Below are positions 9,934-18,559 of a DNA stretch of 64,000 nucleotides, piece by piece; position 1 is the stretch's first letter; each line of letters opens with the position of its first letter. The position numbers and the translations under genes are program-made. The DNA is taken from contig OZ255842.1 in NCBI GenBank assembly GCA_965277805.1, forward strand, positions 4,320,001-4,384,000, in the 5' to 3' direction. The stretch is from Candidatus Lustribacter sp. (lineage in GTDB: Bacteria > Vulcanimicrobiota > Vulcanimicrobiia > Vulcanimicrobiales > Vulcanimicrobiaceae). The notes below the pieces were generated by a model, which was not told where the DNA came from, did no database searches, and worked only from the letters and a program-made list of their open reading frames with translations.

Positions 9934-10701
9934 GTGGAACGCGATCTCGACGTGCGCACCGCCGAGGCGGTCGCGGTACGCTTCGAACTGGCCGGACTGG
10001 GAAGCCGCTTTCTCGCGCTCGCCGCCGACCTCGCGCTGCAGCTGCTGGTGGTGTTGGCGGTCGTGGTGGTGATGATCGTTTACGGCGTGATCGCCGTCGA
10101 CCGCGCCGTTGCGCCGGGCGGCTCCGTTCCGGCGGCCAAATTCGGCGGCGCGCTCTTCATCGCGCTAACGACGATCGCGTCGTTCGTGCTGTTCTTCGGT
10201 TATTTCATCATCTTCGAGTTAGCGTGGAACGGTCAATCGCCCGGCAAACGGCTTCTCGGCCTGCGCGTAATTCGCGACGGCGGCTTTCCGGTCGACGCCG
10301 GCGCATCGGTGATCCGCAATCTCGTGCGCATCGTTGAGGCGAGCCTCGGGTTCTACGTGATCTCCGCGGTCGTGACGCTGCTTTCGCCGGAAAACAAACG
10401 GCTCGGCGATTTCGCCGCCGGTACGATCGTCGTGCGCGACAACGCGGCGGCAATCCCGACGCTCGCATCACTCGGGCCGGATGAAGACGGCGATGTAACG
10501 GACGCTGCCGGCGACGGCCTCGGGCGCGAAGACCGCGTGCTGATCGAACAGTATCTCGCGCGTCGCGCGAGCCTCGACGGCAGCGCCGCGCAAGCGATCG
10601 CGACAGCGATTGCCGCCCGCATCCGGCCCAAGCTGCGCGCCTCGTTTCACTATCTCGACGACGTCAGCCTGATCGAACACATCGCGCGCTCGCGCGGTTA
10701 G
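9934..10701 (+). CDS. RDD family membrane protein
   Basis: LAGLGSRFLALAAD, GQSPGKRLLGLRV, KRLGDFAAGTIVV; start GTG 9934 (alternative ATG 9925), with TAGCAT 7 nt upstream. Confidence 0.9.
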   Translation: MERDLDVRTAEAVAVRFELAGLGSRFLALAADLALQLLVVLAVVVVMIVYGVIAVDRAVAPGGSVPAAKFGGALFIALTTIASFVLFFGYFIIFELAWNGQSPGKRLLGLRVIRDGGFPVDAGASVIRNLVRIVEASLGFYVISAVVTLLSPENKRLGDFAAGTIVVRDNAAAIPTLASLGPDEDGDVTDAAGDGLGREDRVLIEQYLARRASLDGSAAQAIATAIAARIRPKLRASFHYLDDVSLIEHIARSRG

Positions 10702-11714
10702 GGGGGCGGAGGCGAACCGTTGCCGCGGATGCGGTTGAGCATGTCGCGCGCAAACGTTTGCGCCGACGCGCGCGCATCGTCGTAGATCTTCGCCGCGTCG
10801 ACGGTCGCCATATGGCGGCCGTGCAGTTCGAAGAACGTCGCGCCTTCACCGACGACCACGGTGCCGGCATATGCGATCGCCGATTTGATGAAGATGCCGC
10901 CGACCGGGATGAAGCCCGAGAGCTCACGCGCCAGCGCACGCCAGCCGAAGCCGCCGCCGACGACCGGCAGCAGCTCCCACATCTGCGCGACGTCGGGATC
11001 CTTACCGAACGTTGCGCGAATCTGCAGCATCAGCATCATCTGGATGCCGGTGATGGCCATCATGTCGCCGGCGGAGACGAACGCGCCCAGAAACGCACCG
11101 ACCACCGGCACGTTGTCGATCACCGCGCTCGCGCCCGACACTTTGAGCGCGTTGAGCGCGGCGTCGCGTGTCAGCTTCGCCGCGACGGTGGTGCGCAGGA
11201 CCGGCAGGCGCCGGCCGACCGCGATCTCGACGTTTTTGCAGACGTCGATGAGGTGCGGAAGCACGCGCGTGCGCAGCGGTTCGAACTCGATCGCCGGCAC
11301 GACGTAGTCCTCGATCGCCCCGGCGGCCGGGGCTTGGGCCGGACCGCTGGTCGCGCTGACCGCCGGATCGGCCAGCACCGCGAAAACCGGCAGCTTGAGG
11401 GCCGTCAGCGCGTCGACGGGAGCGCCCGCCCGGTCGGCCGGAGTGCCGAAGAACAGCACGGCGCGGGCGTCGCTGAGATCGATGGGCGAGCCGTTCGGGG
11501 AGATCGTCTCGAGCGCCGCCGCCGCTTCGAGCGGGGCCGCCGTGTCGCCGGTGCCGGAGAGCAGCAGCGCGCGGAATGCCGCCACGAGCGAGGGGTCACC
11601 GCAGAGCAAAAACTTGAACGGCTGGCGCGCGCCTGCGTGAACGGCGCCGGTGTTGAGCTTCGAACGCAGCCGGTTGAACGTCTGGGCGGCGCCGAAAACG
11701 TTACTTTTCAGCAC
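10698..11714 (-). CDS. Hypothetical protein with C-terminal DUF697-like helical domain
   Basis: Long ORF with host-like codon use; C-terminal GDMMAITGIQMMLMLQI...ARELSGFIPVGGIFIKSAIAYAGTVVVG resembles DUF697; start uncertain. Confidence 0.6.
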   Translation of the reverse strand: MLKSNVFGAAQTFNRLRSKLNTGAVHAGARQPFKFLLCGDPSLVAAFRALLLSGTGDTAAPLEAAAALETISPNGSPIDLSDARAVLFFGTPADRAGAPVDALTALKLPVFAVLADPAVSATSGPAQAPAAGAIEDYVVPAIEFEPLRTRVLPHLIDVCKNVEIAVGRRLPVLRTTVAAKLTRDAALNALKVSGASAVIDNVPVVGAFLGAFVSAGDMMAITGIQMMLMLQIRATFGKDPDVAQMWELLPVVGGGFGWRALARELSGFIPVGGIFIKSAIAYAGTVVVGEGATFFELHGRHMATVDAAKIYDDARASAQTFARDMLNRIRGNGSPPPP

Positions 11715-11790
11715 GAGGGTGCCGGGGTGCTGGCACAGCGCGGATTCATGCTGAGCAGTATGGCTACGAAACATCCGAACCCTCGCAACG

Positions 11791-11848
11791 GTGCACCGCG
11801 TGTGGAAAAGGTGTGGAGCGATGCAACTTCTTGTGCACCGCATGTGGA
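11791..11848. promoter_or_regulatory. 16-bp direct repeat GTGCACCGCRTGTGGA x2 with DnaA-box-like TGTGGA cores, upstream of minC
   Basis: Copies at 11791-11806 and 11833-11848 (1 mismatch, 42-bp period); TGTGGAAAA at 11801-11809 differs by one base from TGTGGATAA. Confidence 0.5.
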
Positions 11849-11923
11849 TGCCGGAGGGCCGACTACCACCACGCGGAACCGCGCTTCGATGGTATTTATG
11901 CGTATGAGCGGAGCGAAACTCAT

Positions 11924-12763
11924 TTGAGTACCGTGCGCGGGCGCGGCCGAAATGTGGAAATCGCGGTAGACCGGGCCTTACCTGCCGCGGGCGAAGAGTT
12001 GCGCGCCCATTTTACCGAGCGCCCGGATTTCTATCGGGGCAGCCATGCAGTCGCTAACTTGGGCGTGCTCGAGCCGGGCGCGCCGGAAATCGCCGCGTTC
12101 CGCGATCTGCTGGCCGAATTCGGCATTACGCTCGACGGCGTTTCGGGCTCCGAGCGGCTGGCCGAAATTCTCGCCGGCCTGCAGCTCGCATACCTCGGGC
12201 CGGCGCCGGTTGCCGAGGTGTCGGCGCTGCCGCGCGCCCGGGCGCCGCGTCAGATCGAGCTCTCGCCCGAAGCACGCTCGCTCGTCGCCGACTTCGCCGG
12301 GGCCCGGGCCGACTTGGCGCAGCGCCGGATCGCGAAAACGGTGCCGACCTCCGGGCCTGCCGGCGTTGCATCGGCGGGCGTGACGATTCCCGCCACGCCC
12401 GCGTACGCGCCGGCCGGCGTGTCGACGCTCTACCACCGCGGCACGCTGCGCGGCGGCCAAGCGCTGCACAACATGGGCAACATCGTCGTGATCGGCGACT
12501 TGAATCCGGGCGCCGAACTGATCGCCAGCGGCGACATCGTCGTGGTGGGCGCGCTGCGCGGCACGGCGCACGCCGGCGCGCAAGGCGATCGCACCGCGCG
12601 CGTGATCGCGCTCGAATTCGCGCCGACGCAACTGCGCATCGCAACGGTCATCGGCGCCGACGCGCTGGTCGCGACCGGTCCGCAACAAGCCGTGATCGAA
12701 GGCGATCGCATCGCCGTCGCACCGCTCGGCTCCCACATTGCCCGTCAGGAGATTTCGCTATGA
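11924..12763 (+). CDS. minC: Septum site-determining protein MinC
   Basis: C-terminal GTLRGGQ...GNIVVIGDLNPGAELIASGDIVVVGALRGTAHAGAQG...PTQLRIA; TTG start at 11924 is inferred. Confidence 0.92.
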   Translation: MSTVRGRGRNVEIAVDRALPAAGEELRAHFTERPDFYRGSHAVANLGVLEPGAPEIAAFRDLLAEFGITLDGVSGSERLAEILAGLQLAYLGPAPVAEVSALPRARAPRQIELSPEARSLVADFAGARADLAQRRIAKTVPTSGPAGVASAGVTIPATPAYAPAGVSTLYHRGTLRGGQALHNMGNIVVIGDLNPGAELIASGDIVVVGALRGTAHAGAQGDRTARVIALEFAPTQLRIATVIGADALVATGPQQAVIEGDRIAVAPLGSHIARQEISL

Positions 12764-13551
12764 GCGCCCGCCGCATCGTCGTCACATCCGGGAAGGGCGG
12801 CGTCGGCAAGACGACCACCACGGCGAACATCGGGGCGGCGCTCGCGCTGCGCGGCAAACGCGTGGTGCTGGTCGATGCCGACATCGGCCTGCGGAACCTC
12901 GATCTCGTGCTCGGGCTCGAGAAGCGCATCGTGTTCGACATCGTCGAGGTCGTCGAAGGCCGCTGTCAATTGCGCCAGGCGCTGATCAAAGACAAGCGCT
13001 TCGGCGAGTCGCTGTCGATCTTGCCCGCCGCGCAAACGCGCGACAAAACGGCCGTGACGGAGAACCAATTTGCCAAGGTGATCGACGATCTGGCCGAGAT
13101 GTGCGACTACGCGATCATCGATTGCCCGGCCGGCATCGAGCACGGGTTTCGCAACGCCGTCGCCGGCGCGCGCGAAGCGATCGTCGTCACCACGCCCGAA
13201 GTCAGCGCGATTCGCGACGCCGACCGCGTGATCGGCAAACTGAACGAACGCGGCCTGCCGATGCGGCTGATCATCAACCGCATCCGCCCCGACATGGTGC
13301 GTTCGGGCGACATGCTTTCGGTCGACGACGTGTGTGAGATCCTCTCTGCCGAACTGCTGGGCATCGTGCCCGACGACGAAGACGTGATCGACACGACCAA
13401 TAAGGGCGAACCGATCGCGCTCAAGGCCGACTCGCGGCTCGCGGCGATCTACGAAAAGATCGCGCGCCGCCTCGAAGGCGAGATCGTTCCGTTCACCGCG
13501 CTCTCCGCGCCGACGTTCCTGAGCCGCTTACTCGGCCGAAAGGCAGGCTGA
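12760..13551 (+). CDS. minD: Septum site-determining ATPase MinD (copy 1)
   Basis: TSGKGGVGKTT, DADIGLRNLD, IIDCPAGIE, TPEVSAIRDADR, C-terminal amphipathic FLSRLLG. Confidence 0.97.
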   Translation: MSARRIVVTSGKGGVGKTTTTANIGAALALRGKRVVLVDADIGLRNLDLVLGLEKRIVFDIVEVVEGRCQLRQALIKDKRFGESLSILPAAQTRDKTAVTENQFAKVIDDLAEMCDYAIIDCPAGIEHGFRNAVAGAREAIVVTTPEVSAIRDADRVIGKLNERGLPMRLIINRIRPDMVRSGDMLSVDDVCEILSAELLGIVPDDEDVIDTTNKGEPIALKADSRLAAIYEKIARRLEGEIVPFTALSAPTFLSRLLGRKAG

Positions 13552-13554
13552 CCC

Positions 13555-14391
13555 GTGCATGAGCTGCGTGAAGATCCAATCCCGGCGGCACCGCCCGAAG
13601 CGCAGCGCCGCGGGCGCTGCATCGTCATCACCTCGGGCAAGGGCGGCGTCGGTAAAACGACGACGACCGCCAACGTCGGCATGGCGCTGGCCGCGACCGG
13701 CGCGCGCGTCGTGCTGGTCGACGCCGACGTCGGCCTGCGCAACCTCGACATCGTGCTGGGTCTCGAAGCGCGCGTGCGCCACCACGTGCTCGACGTGCTC
13801 GAAGGCAACGCCGATCTCGACGACGCGCTGGTCAGCGACAAACGCGTGCCCACGCTCAAGCTGCTGGCGGCCTCGCAAACGCGCGAGAAGGACGACGTCG
13901 ACACCGCGGCGTTCAAAGGCTTGGTCGATAAACTGCGCGAGCGTTTCGACTACGTGCTGATCGATTGCCCGGCCGGCATCGAGATGGGATTTCAGAATGC
14001 GATCGTCGGCGCCGACGAAGCGATCATCGTGTGCACGCCCGAGGTCAGCGCGGTGCGCGACGCCGATCGCGTCGTGGGGCTGCTCGGCGACCGCATCAAG
14101 ACGACGCTGATCGTCAACCGTCTGCGGCCCTCGCTCGTGAAGCGGGGCAAGATGCTCTCGGTCGACGACGTCAACGCGATCCTGCGCTTGCCGCTCTTGG
14201 GCGTCATCGCCGACGAGCCCGGCGTCATCGTATCGACGAACAAAGGCGAACCGATCGCGCTCGACGTCGCGTCGCCGACGGGCCTGGCCTATCGCAAAAT
14301 TGCCGGCCGGATCGTGGGAACCGACACGTCGGCGCCGGAAATCCCGCGCGAAGCATCTTTCTTCGACAAGCTGTTCGGGGGCCAGCGCTAA
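13555..14391 (+). CDS. minD: Septum site-determining ATPase MinD (copy 2)
   Basis: TSGKGGVGKTT, DADVGLRNLD, LIDCPAGIE, TPEVSAVRDADR, C-terminal FFDKLFG; short N-terminal extension. Confidence 0.95.
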   Translation: MHELREDPIPAAPPEAQRRGRCIVITSGKGGVGKTTTTANVGMALAATGARVVLVDADVGLRNLDIVLGLEARVRHHVLDVLEGNADLDDALVSDKRVPTLKLLAASQTREKDDVDTAAFKGLVDKLRERFDYVLIDCPAGIEMGFQNAIVGADEAIIVCTPEVSAVRDADRVVGLLGDRIKTTLIVNRLRPSLVKRGKMLSVDDVNAILRLPLLGVIADEPGVIVSTNKGEPIALDVASPTGLAYRKIAGRIVGTDTSAPEIPREASFFDKLFGGQR

Positions 14392-14394
14392 GCC

Positions 14395-14859
14395 ATGCTC
14401 GATTTTCTCAAGCGTCTCTTCAATCCGGAACCGTCGAGCGTCACCGCGCGCGAACGGCTGCGCTTGGTGCTGCTCTCCGATCATCTCGCGCTCGCGCCCG
14501 ACGTCGTCGAATCGCTCAAAGCCGATCTGATCGCGGTCATCTCCAAGTACGTCGACGTCGACGCCGCCAACTGCGACGTGACGTTCGAACAACAGGAGAG
14601 CGTCGTCGCGATGCTGGCCAACATCCCGATTCTCGGTATGAAGCCGGCCGTTCGCACGCCGCGACCTGCACCGCCCGAGCCGCCGCCGATGATCGATCCG
14701 GCGCCCGCGTCGGCCAGCGTTGCCGTCGAACCCGAAGCGATCGCGACCGAGAGCATTGCATCCGAGCCTGAGTCCGAGTCCGCTCCCGCGCCCACAGCAC
14801 CGAAACCGCGTCGCCGGCGCCGCCGGCGCGCGAACGTGAACGCCGCACCCGCTCACTAA
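14395..14859 (+). CDS. minE: Cell division topological specificity factor MinE with low-complexity C-terminal tail
   Basis: MLDFLKRLF membrane-targeting helix, ARERLRLVLLSD, LIAVISKYV, ANIPI; followed by a Pro/Ala/Glu-rich tail and RRRRRR. Confidence 0.92.
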   Translation: MLDFLKRLFNPEPSSVTARERLRLVLLSDHLALAPDVVESLKADLIAVISKYVDVDAANCDVTFEQQESVVAMLANIPILGMKPAVRTPRPAPPEPPPMIDPAPASASVAVEPEAIATESIASEPESESAPAPTAPKPRRRRRRRANVNAAPAH

Positions 14860-15987
14860 GTGGAGCGCCCCTGGTACACACGATTTAACTGGTTACTCGC
14901 CGGCTCGTGCATCGCGCTCACGATCGTCGGCATCGTGTTCATCTCCTCGGCGACGCTGCACGAGCCGTACGCCGCCGGGGAATGGAAAAGCCAGGCCGCC
15001 TACGCGGTCGTCGGCATCATCGTGATGTTCGGCGTATCGTTCATCGACTATCACCGCTGGCAGCAGTGGTGGGCGCCGCTCTACGTGATCACGCTGCTGC
15101 TGTTGGTGTTCATTGCAGTCAAAGGGCATAGCGCGCTCGGCGCGGCGCGCTGGATCGAGATCGGCGGTTTCACGTTTCAGCCGTCCGAGCCGGCCAAGGT
15201 GACGACCGCGATCGCGGTGGCCGCGCTGCTTTCGCGCGGCACGTATCGCTCGTTGTGGCAGCTGCTGATTCCGCTCGCGGCCGTCGGCGTGCCCGCGCTC
15301 TTGATCCTCAAACAGCCCGATCTCGGCACGACGCTGGTTGTCGGCGCGATCCTCACGGCCGAGCTCGCGTTCGGTCTGCCGAACGTCGTCGACTTCTTGA
15401 TCTATTTCGGCAGCATCGTGGCGGCCACGGCGTACGTGCTCTCGAGCGACAAGATCCTCAAGCCGTTCCAGCGCGCGCGCCTGCTGGTGTTTCTCAACCC
15501 GAAGCTCGACCCCCAGGGCGTCGGCTACAACCTCAACCAGTCGAAGATCGCGGTCGGCAGCGGCGAGCTGTTCGGCAAAGGGCTCTATCACGGCACCCAG
15601 ACGCAGCTGAATTTCGTCCCGGAGAACTCGCGCGACTTCATCTTCACCGCAGTTGGTGAGGAGACCGGTTTCCTTGGTTCGCTGGTGCTGGTCGCGCTGG
15701 CCCTGATCGTCGTCGGGAGCGCGATGCGCGCGGTCTTCTCGGCGCAAGACCGGTTCGGGCTCTTGCTCAGCGTCGGCCTCGTGACGATGCTCGCCTTCCA
15801 CATGATCGTGAACATCGGGATGACGATCGGCATCATGCCCGTGACCGGCATTCCGTTGCCGTTCATGTCCTACGGCGGCAGCGCACTGATCACGAACTAC
15901 CTCGCCGTCGGTATCCTGATCAACGTCGCCCTGCAAAAGGACCGCCTCATCTTCGGCAACGCCCGCGCCCGCGTCGAAGCCGCCTAG
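14860..15987 (+). CDS. rodA: Rod shape-determining SEDS protein RodA
   Basis: GAARWI, FQPSEPAK, QPDLGT, QSKIAVGSG, DFIFTAVGEE, GIPLPFMSYGGS; directly after minE. Confidence 0.92.
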   Translation: MERPWYTRFNWLLAGSCIALTIVGIVFISSATLHEPYAAGEWKSQAAYAVVGIIVMFGVSFIDYHRWQQWWAPLYVITLLLLVFIAVKGHSALGAARWIEIGGFTFQPSEPAKVTTAIAVAALLSRGTYRSLWQLLIPLAAVGVPALLILKQPDLGTTLVVGAILTAELAFGLPNVVDFLIYFGSIVAATAYVLSSDKILKPFQRARLLVFLNPKLDPQGVGYNLNQSKIAVGSGELFGKGLYHGTQTQLNFVPENSRDFIFTAVGEETGFLGSLVLVALALIVVGSAMRAVFSAQDRFGLLLSVGLVTMLAFHMIVNIGMTIGIMPVTGIPLPFMSYGGSALITNYLAVGILINVALQKDRLIFGNARARVEAA

Positions 15988-18288
15988 CTATCCAGGCGCC
16001 TTCGCCGTCATTGGAAGCGTGCGTTGGGCGAAGCGGAAGGCGTCGTCGGCGGGCATAGGGCGGCCGAACAGGTAGCCTTGGACGAGGCGGCAGCCGAGAT
16101 CGGCGATCATTGCTCGCTGCTCGGGCGTTTCGATGCCTTCTGCAATCACTTCGGCGTTGAGGCCGCGCGCGAGCGCGATGATGCCGGCGACAATCGGGAT
16201 CTTGGCCGGATCGTTGGCTGCCGAGATGACGAACGAGCGATCGATCTTGATGGCGTCGACTTGAAAATCGTTGAGGTGCCGCAGCGATGAGTAGCCGGTG
16301 CCGAAGTCATCGAGGCACACGCGCACGCCCATCGCGTGCAAGTTGCCGAGAAACCGACCGGCCGTCTCGATCGATTCGACCGACGCCGTTTCCGTCATCT
16401 CGATGACCAGCGACTGCGGCGGGATGTTCCAGGTTTCCATCGCGTCGGCGATCGACGCGTAGGTGTCCGCATGCGCGGCTTCCATCGGTGAGACGTTGAA
16501 GTGCACCGACATGTTCGCGATCGCGAGCCCGCCGGCGCGCCACTCCGAAAGATGCCGGCACACTTCGTGCACCACGCGCCGGCCGAGCTGATCGATCAGG
16601 CGCGCTTCTTGCGCGACGTCGACGAGGTAGGATGCATCGATCTCGCCGCGCCGCGGATGCTTCCAGCGCACCAGCGCCTCGAAACCGTGGCAGGTACGAT
16701 CGTCGAGCGCGATGATCGGTTGAAACACGACGCGCACGCCGGTGTTGCGCGCGAGCGCGTCGCGCAGGTCGCTGGCGAGTTCGGCGCGGTCGATGATCTC
16801 GGCGCGCAGCACGTCGTCGAAGACGATCACGCGATCGCCGCCCTCTTCTTTGGCGCGGTACATCGCGATATCGGCATCGCGTAAGATGCTATCGACGGTT
16901 TCGTGCAAGGCGTCGACGGCCACGATGCCGATGCTTGCCACGAGGCGATGTTCGACGCCTTCGATACGGATCGGTTCCACGAACGCTTCGCAGATCGCCT
17001 CACCGACGCTCACCGCGTACGCCGAATCCGGATCGTACTGATACACCAGCACCGCGAACTCGTCGCCGCCGACACGTGAGACCAGACCGTCCAGCGGCGT
17101 CGCGCCGTGCAGACGTTGGGCGGCGGCGATCAAGAACTCGTCGCCGGCTTGATGACCGTAGCGGTCGTTCACTTCTTTGAAGTTATCGAAGTCGATCGAG
17201 AGGATCCAACTCGTGCGGTCGTTCACCGGCGTCCACGCGGCGACGGCCTTACTCGCCGCCTGCACGAACGCACGCCGGTTCGGTAAGCCGGTCAACGCAT
17301 CGTGCGTGGCCTGGTGTGCAAAGGCCGTGCGCGTGCGGCGCGAGCGCAGCTGCGAGCGCAATACCTGGAACGAAAGCAGCGCGACGACCGCGATGATCGC
17401 CGCCATCAAGCCGACGATCAGGGCGATCTCGCGCCGCGCGCGCTCTTCCGCATCGGCCAGGCGTTGTTGGATCAGCGGTAGCAGCGCCGTCTCGAGCGAT
17501 GCAAGTTTGCCCGATGCAATGCGGGCCGACGCGAGCAACTGCGCGCGGCGCGTCAGCGCGTCGCCGCGCACGACGTGGATCCGGAACAGCTCGAGAAAAT
17601 CGGCGGCGGTGCCGCGCGCTGCGTCGGCCTGAGCGCGCACGTCGGCCGGCAAGCTCGCGAACCAGCGCGGTTCCAAAGCGACGTTGGCCGACGAGCTGGC
17701 ATCGGCATACATCGCCGCGAGCCCGGCGCGGGGAAGCTGATCGCTGCCGCCTTTGGGATCGGCCATCAAGAGCATGGCGCTGATGCGCGCGAATTGGGCG
17801 TTGGCCTCGGGCACCGCTTGCAGCGCGGCCTCGGCCAGCACGGCGTCGGTGTCGGTTTCGCTGCCGCGCATGATCGCGATCGTGCCGACGCGCAGGTAGG
17901 ACTCGCGCATCGTCTCGTTCGTCAAGCGGACGAGCGTGGCGTCAGCCGGCCGGCTCCCGGCGGCCGTCCAGTCCGCCTGAAGCTGCTCGATCTGGGATTC
18001 CGGCACGTCGGCGCTCAGGCCGCCGGCGATCGCGTCCTTGTCGAAACTGGCCAGCATGTCGGCGATCGTCCGGGCAACGGCCCGGTTAGCGGCGGAGCCT
18101 TGGCCGACGTGATAGCCTCCCAGCAGCGCCGAGAGGTCTTCGAGGCGTTCGACCAAGCGCACGGCGGTTTGGCCGACCGAATACGAGGCAATTGCCTCAT
18201 TGCGGGTGCCGATTTGCACGCCGCCGGCGTAGAGCAGCGACGCCAGCACGGCAATGCCGACCGCTACTAAGCGTAACGCGAGCCTCAC
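15988..18288 (-). CDS. Membrane-anchored GGDEF-EAL diguanylate cyclase/phosphodiesterase
   Basis: Two TM segments around an extracytoplasmic helical region; HDALTGLPNR, RVGGDEF, FEALVRW, DDFGTGYSSL. Confidence 0.93.
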   Translation of the reverse strand: MRLALRLVAVGIAVLASLLYAGGVQIGTRNEAIASYSVGQTAVRLVERLEDLSALLGGYHVGQGSAANRAVARTIADMLASFDKDAIAGGLSADVPESQIEQLQADWTAAGSRPADATLVRLTNETMRESYLRVGTIAIMRGSETDTDAVLAEAALQAVPEANAQFARISAMLLMADPKGGSDQLPRAGLAAMYADASSSANVALEPRWFASLPADVRAQADAARGTAADFLELFRIHVVRGDALTRRAQLLASARIASGKLASLETALLPLIQQRLADAEERARREIALIVGLMAAIIAVVALLSFQVLRSQLRSRRTRTAFAHQATHDALTGLPNRRAFVQAASKAVAAWTPVNDRTSWILSIDFDNFKEVNDRYGHQAGDEFLIAAAQRLHGATPLDGLVSRVGGDEFAVLVYQYDPDSAYAVSVGEAICEAFVEPIRIEGVEHRLVASIGIVAVDALHETVDSILRDADIAMYRAKEEGGDRVIVFDDVLRAEIIDRAELASDLRDALARNTGVRVVFQPIIALDDRTCHGFEALVRWKHPRRGEIDASYLVDVAQEARLIDQLGRRVVHEVCRHLSEWRAGGLAIANMSVHFNVSPMEAAHADTYASIADAMETWNIPPQSLVIEMTETASVESIETAGRFLGNLHAMGVRVCLDDFGTGYSSLRHLNDFQVDAIKIDRSFVISAANDPAKIPIVAGIIALARGLNAEVIAEGIETPEQRAMIADLGCRLVQGYLFGRPMPADDAFRFAQRTLPMTAKAPG

Positions 18289-18366
18289 CTGGAAGCGCCT
18301 TCGGCATCGGGGCCTCCGAACGCTGGCAAGCCCGCGCGAGGACCGTTTCTCCTCCCTCTCGAACGT

Positions 18367-18559
18367 TAGAGTAACGAAATAGCTCGCCTCGTGATCGTGT
18401 CCCCGAAGGGTGGACGCTGGATCGGTAGGGCGTTTCGGAACAGTTTCTTACCCAATTTGGGTCGCAGCCGAAGCCGGCGATACCCGCTCGATGACGCAGT
18501 AAAGAGCAGCGTCGTCGCGATGCGTGTCGTAGGACGGTCGCACCCGGGAGACACACAAC
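18367..18559 (+). promoter_or_regulatory. Putative -10 (TAGAGT) and about 180-nt structured 5' leader of RNase E/G
   Basis: TAGAGT at 18367-18372; hairpins at 18397-18417, 18450-18462, 18489-18517 and 18521-18542; SD GGAG at 18547-18550 before the TTG start. Confidence 0.45.

Noticed and set aside
18289-18366. c-di-GMP riboswitch upstream of the GGDEF-EAL gene
   Set aside because: No recognisable GEMM-type motif, and the gene appears to have little or no leader.
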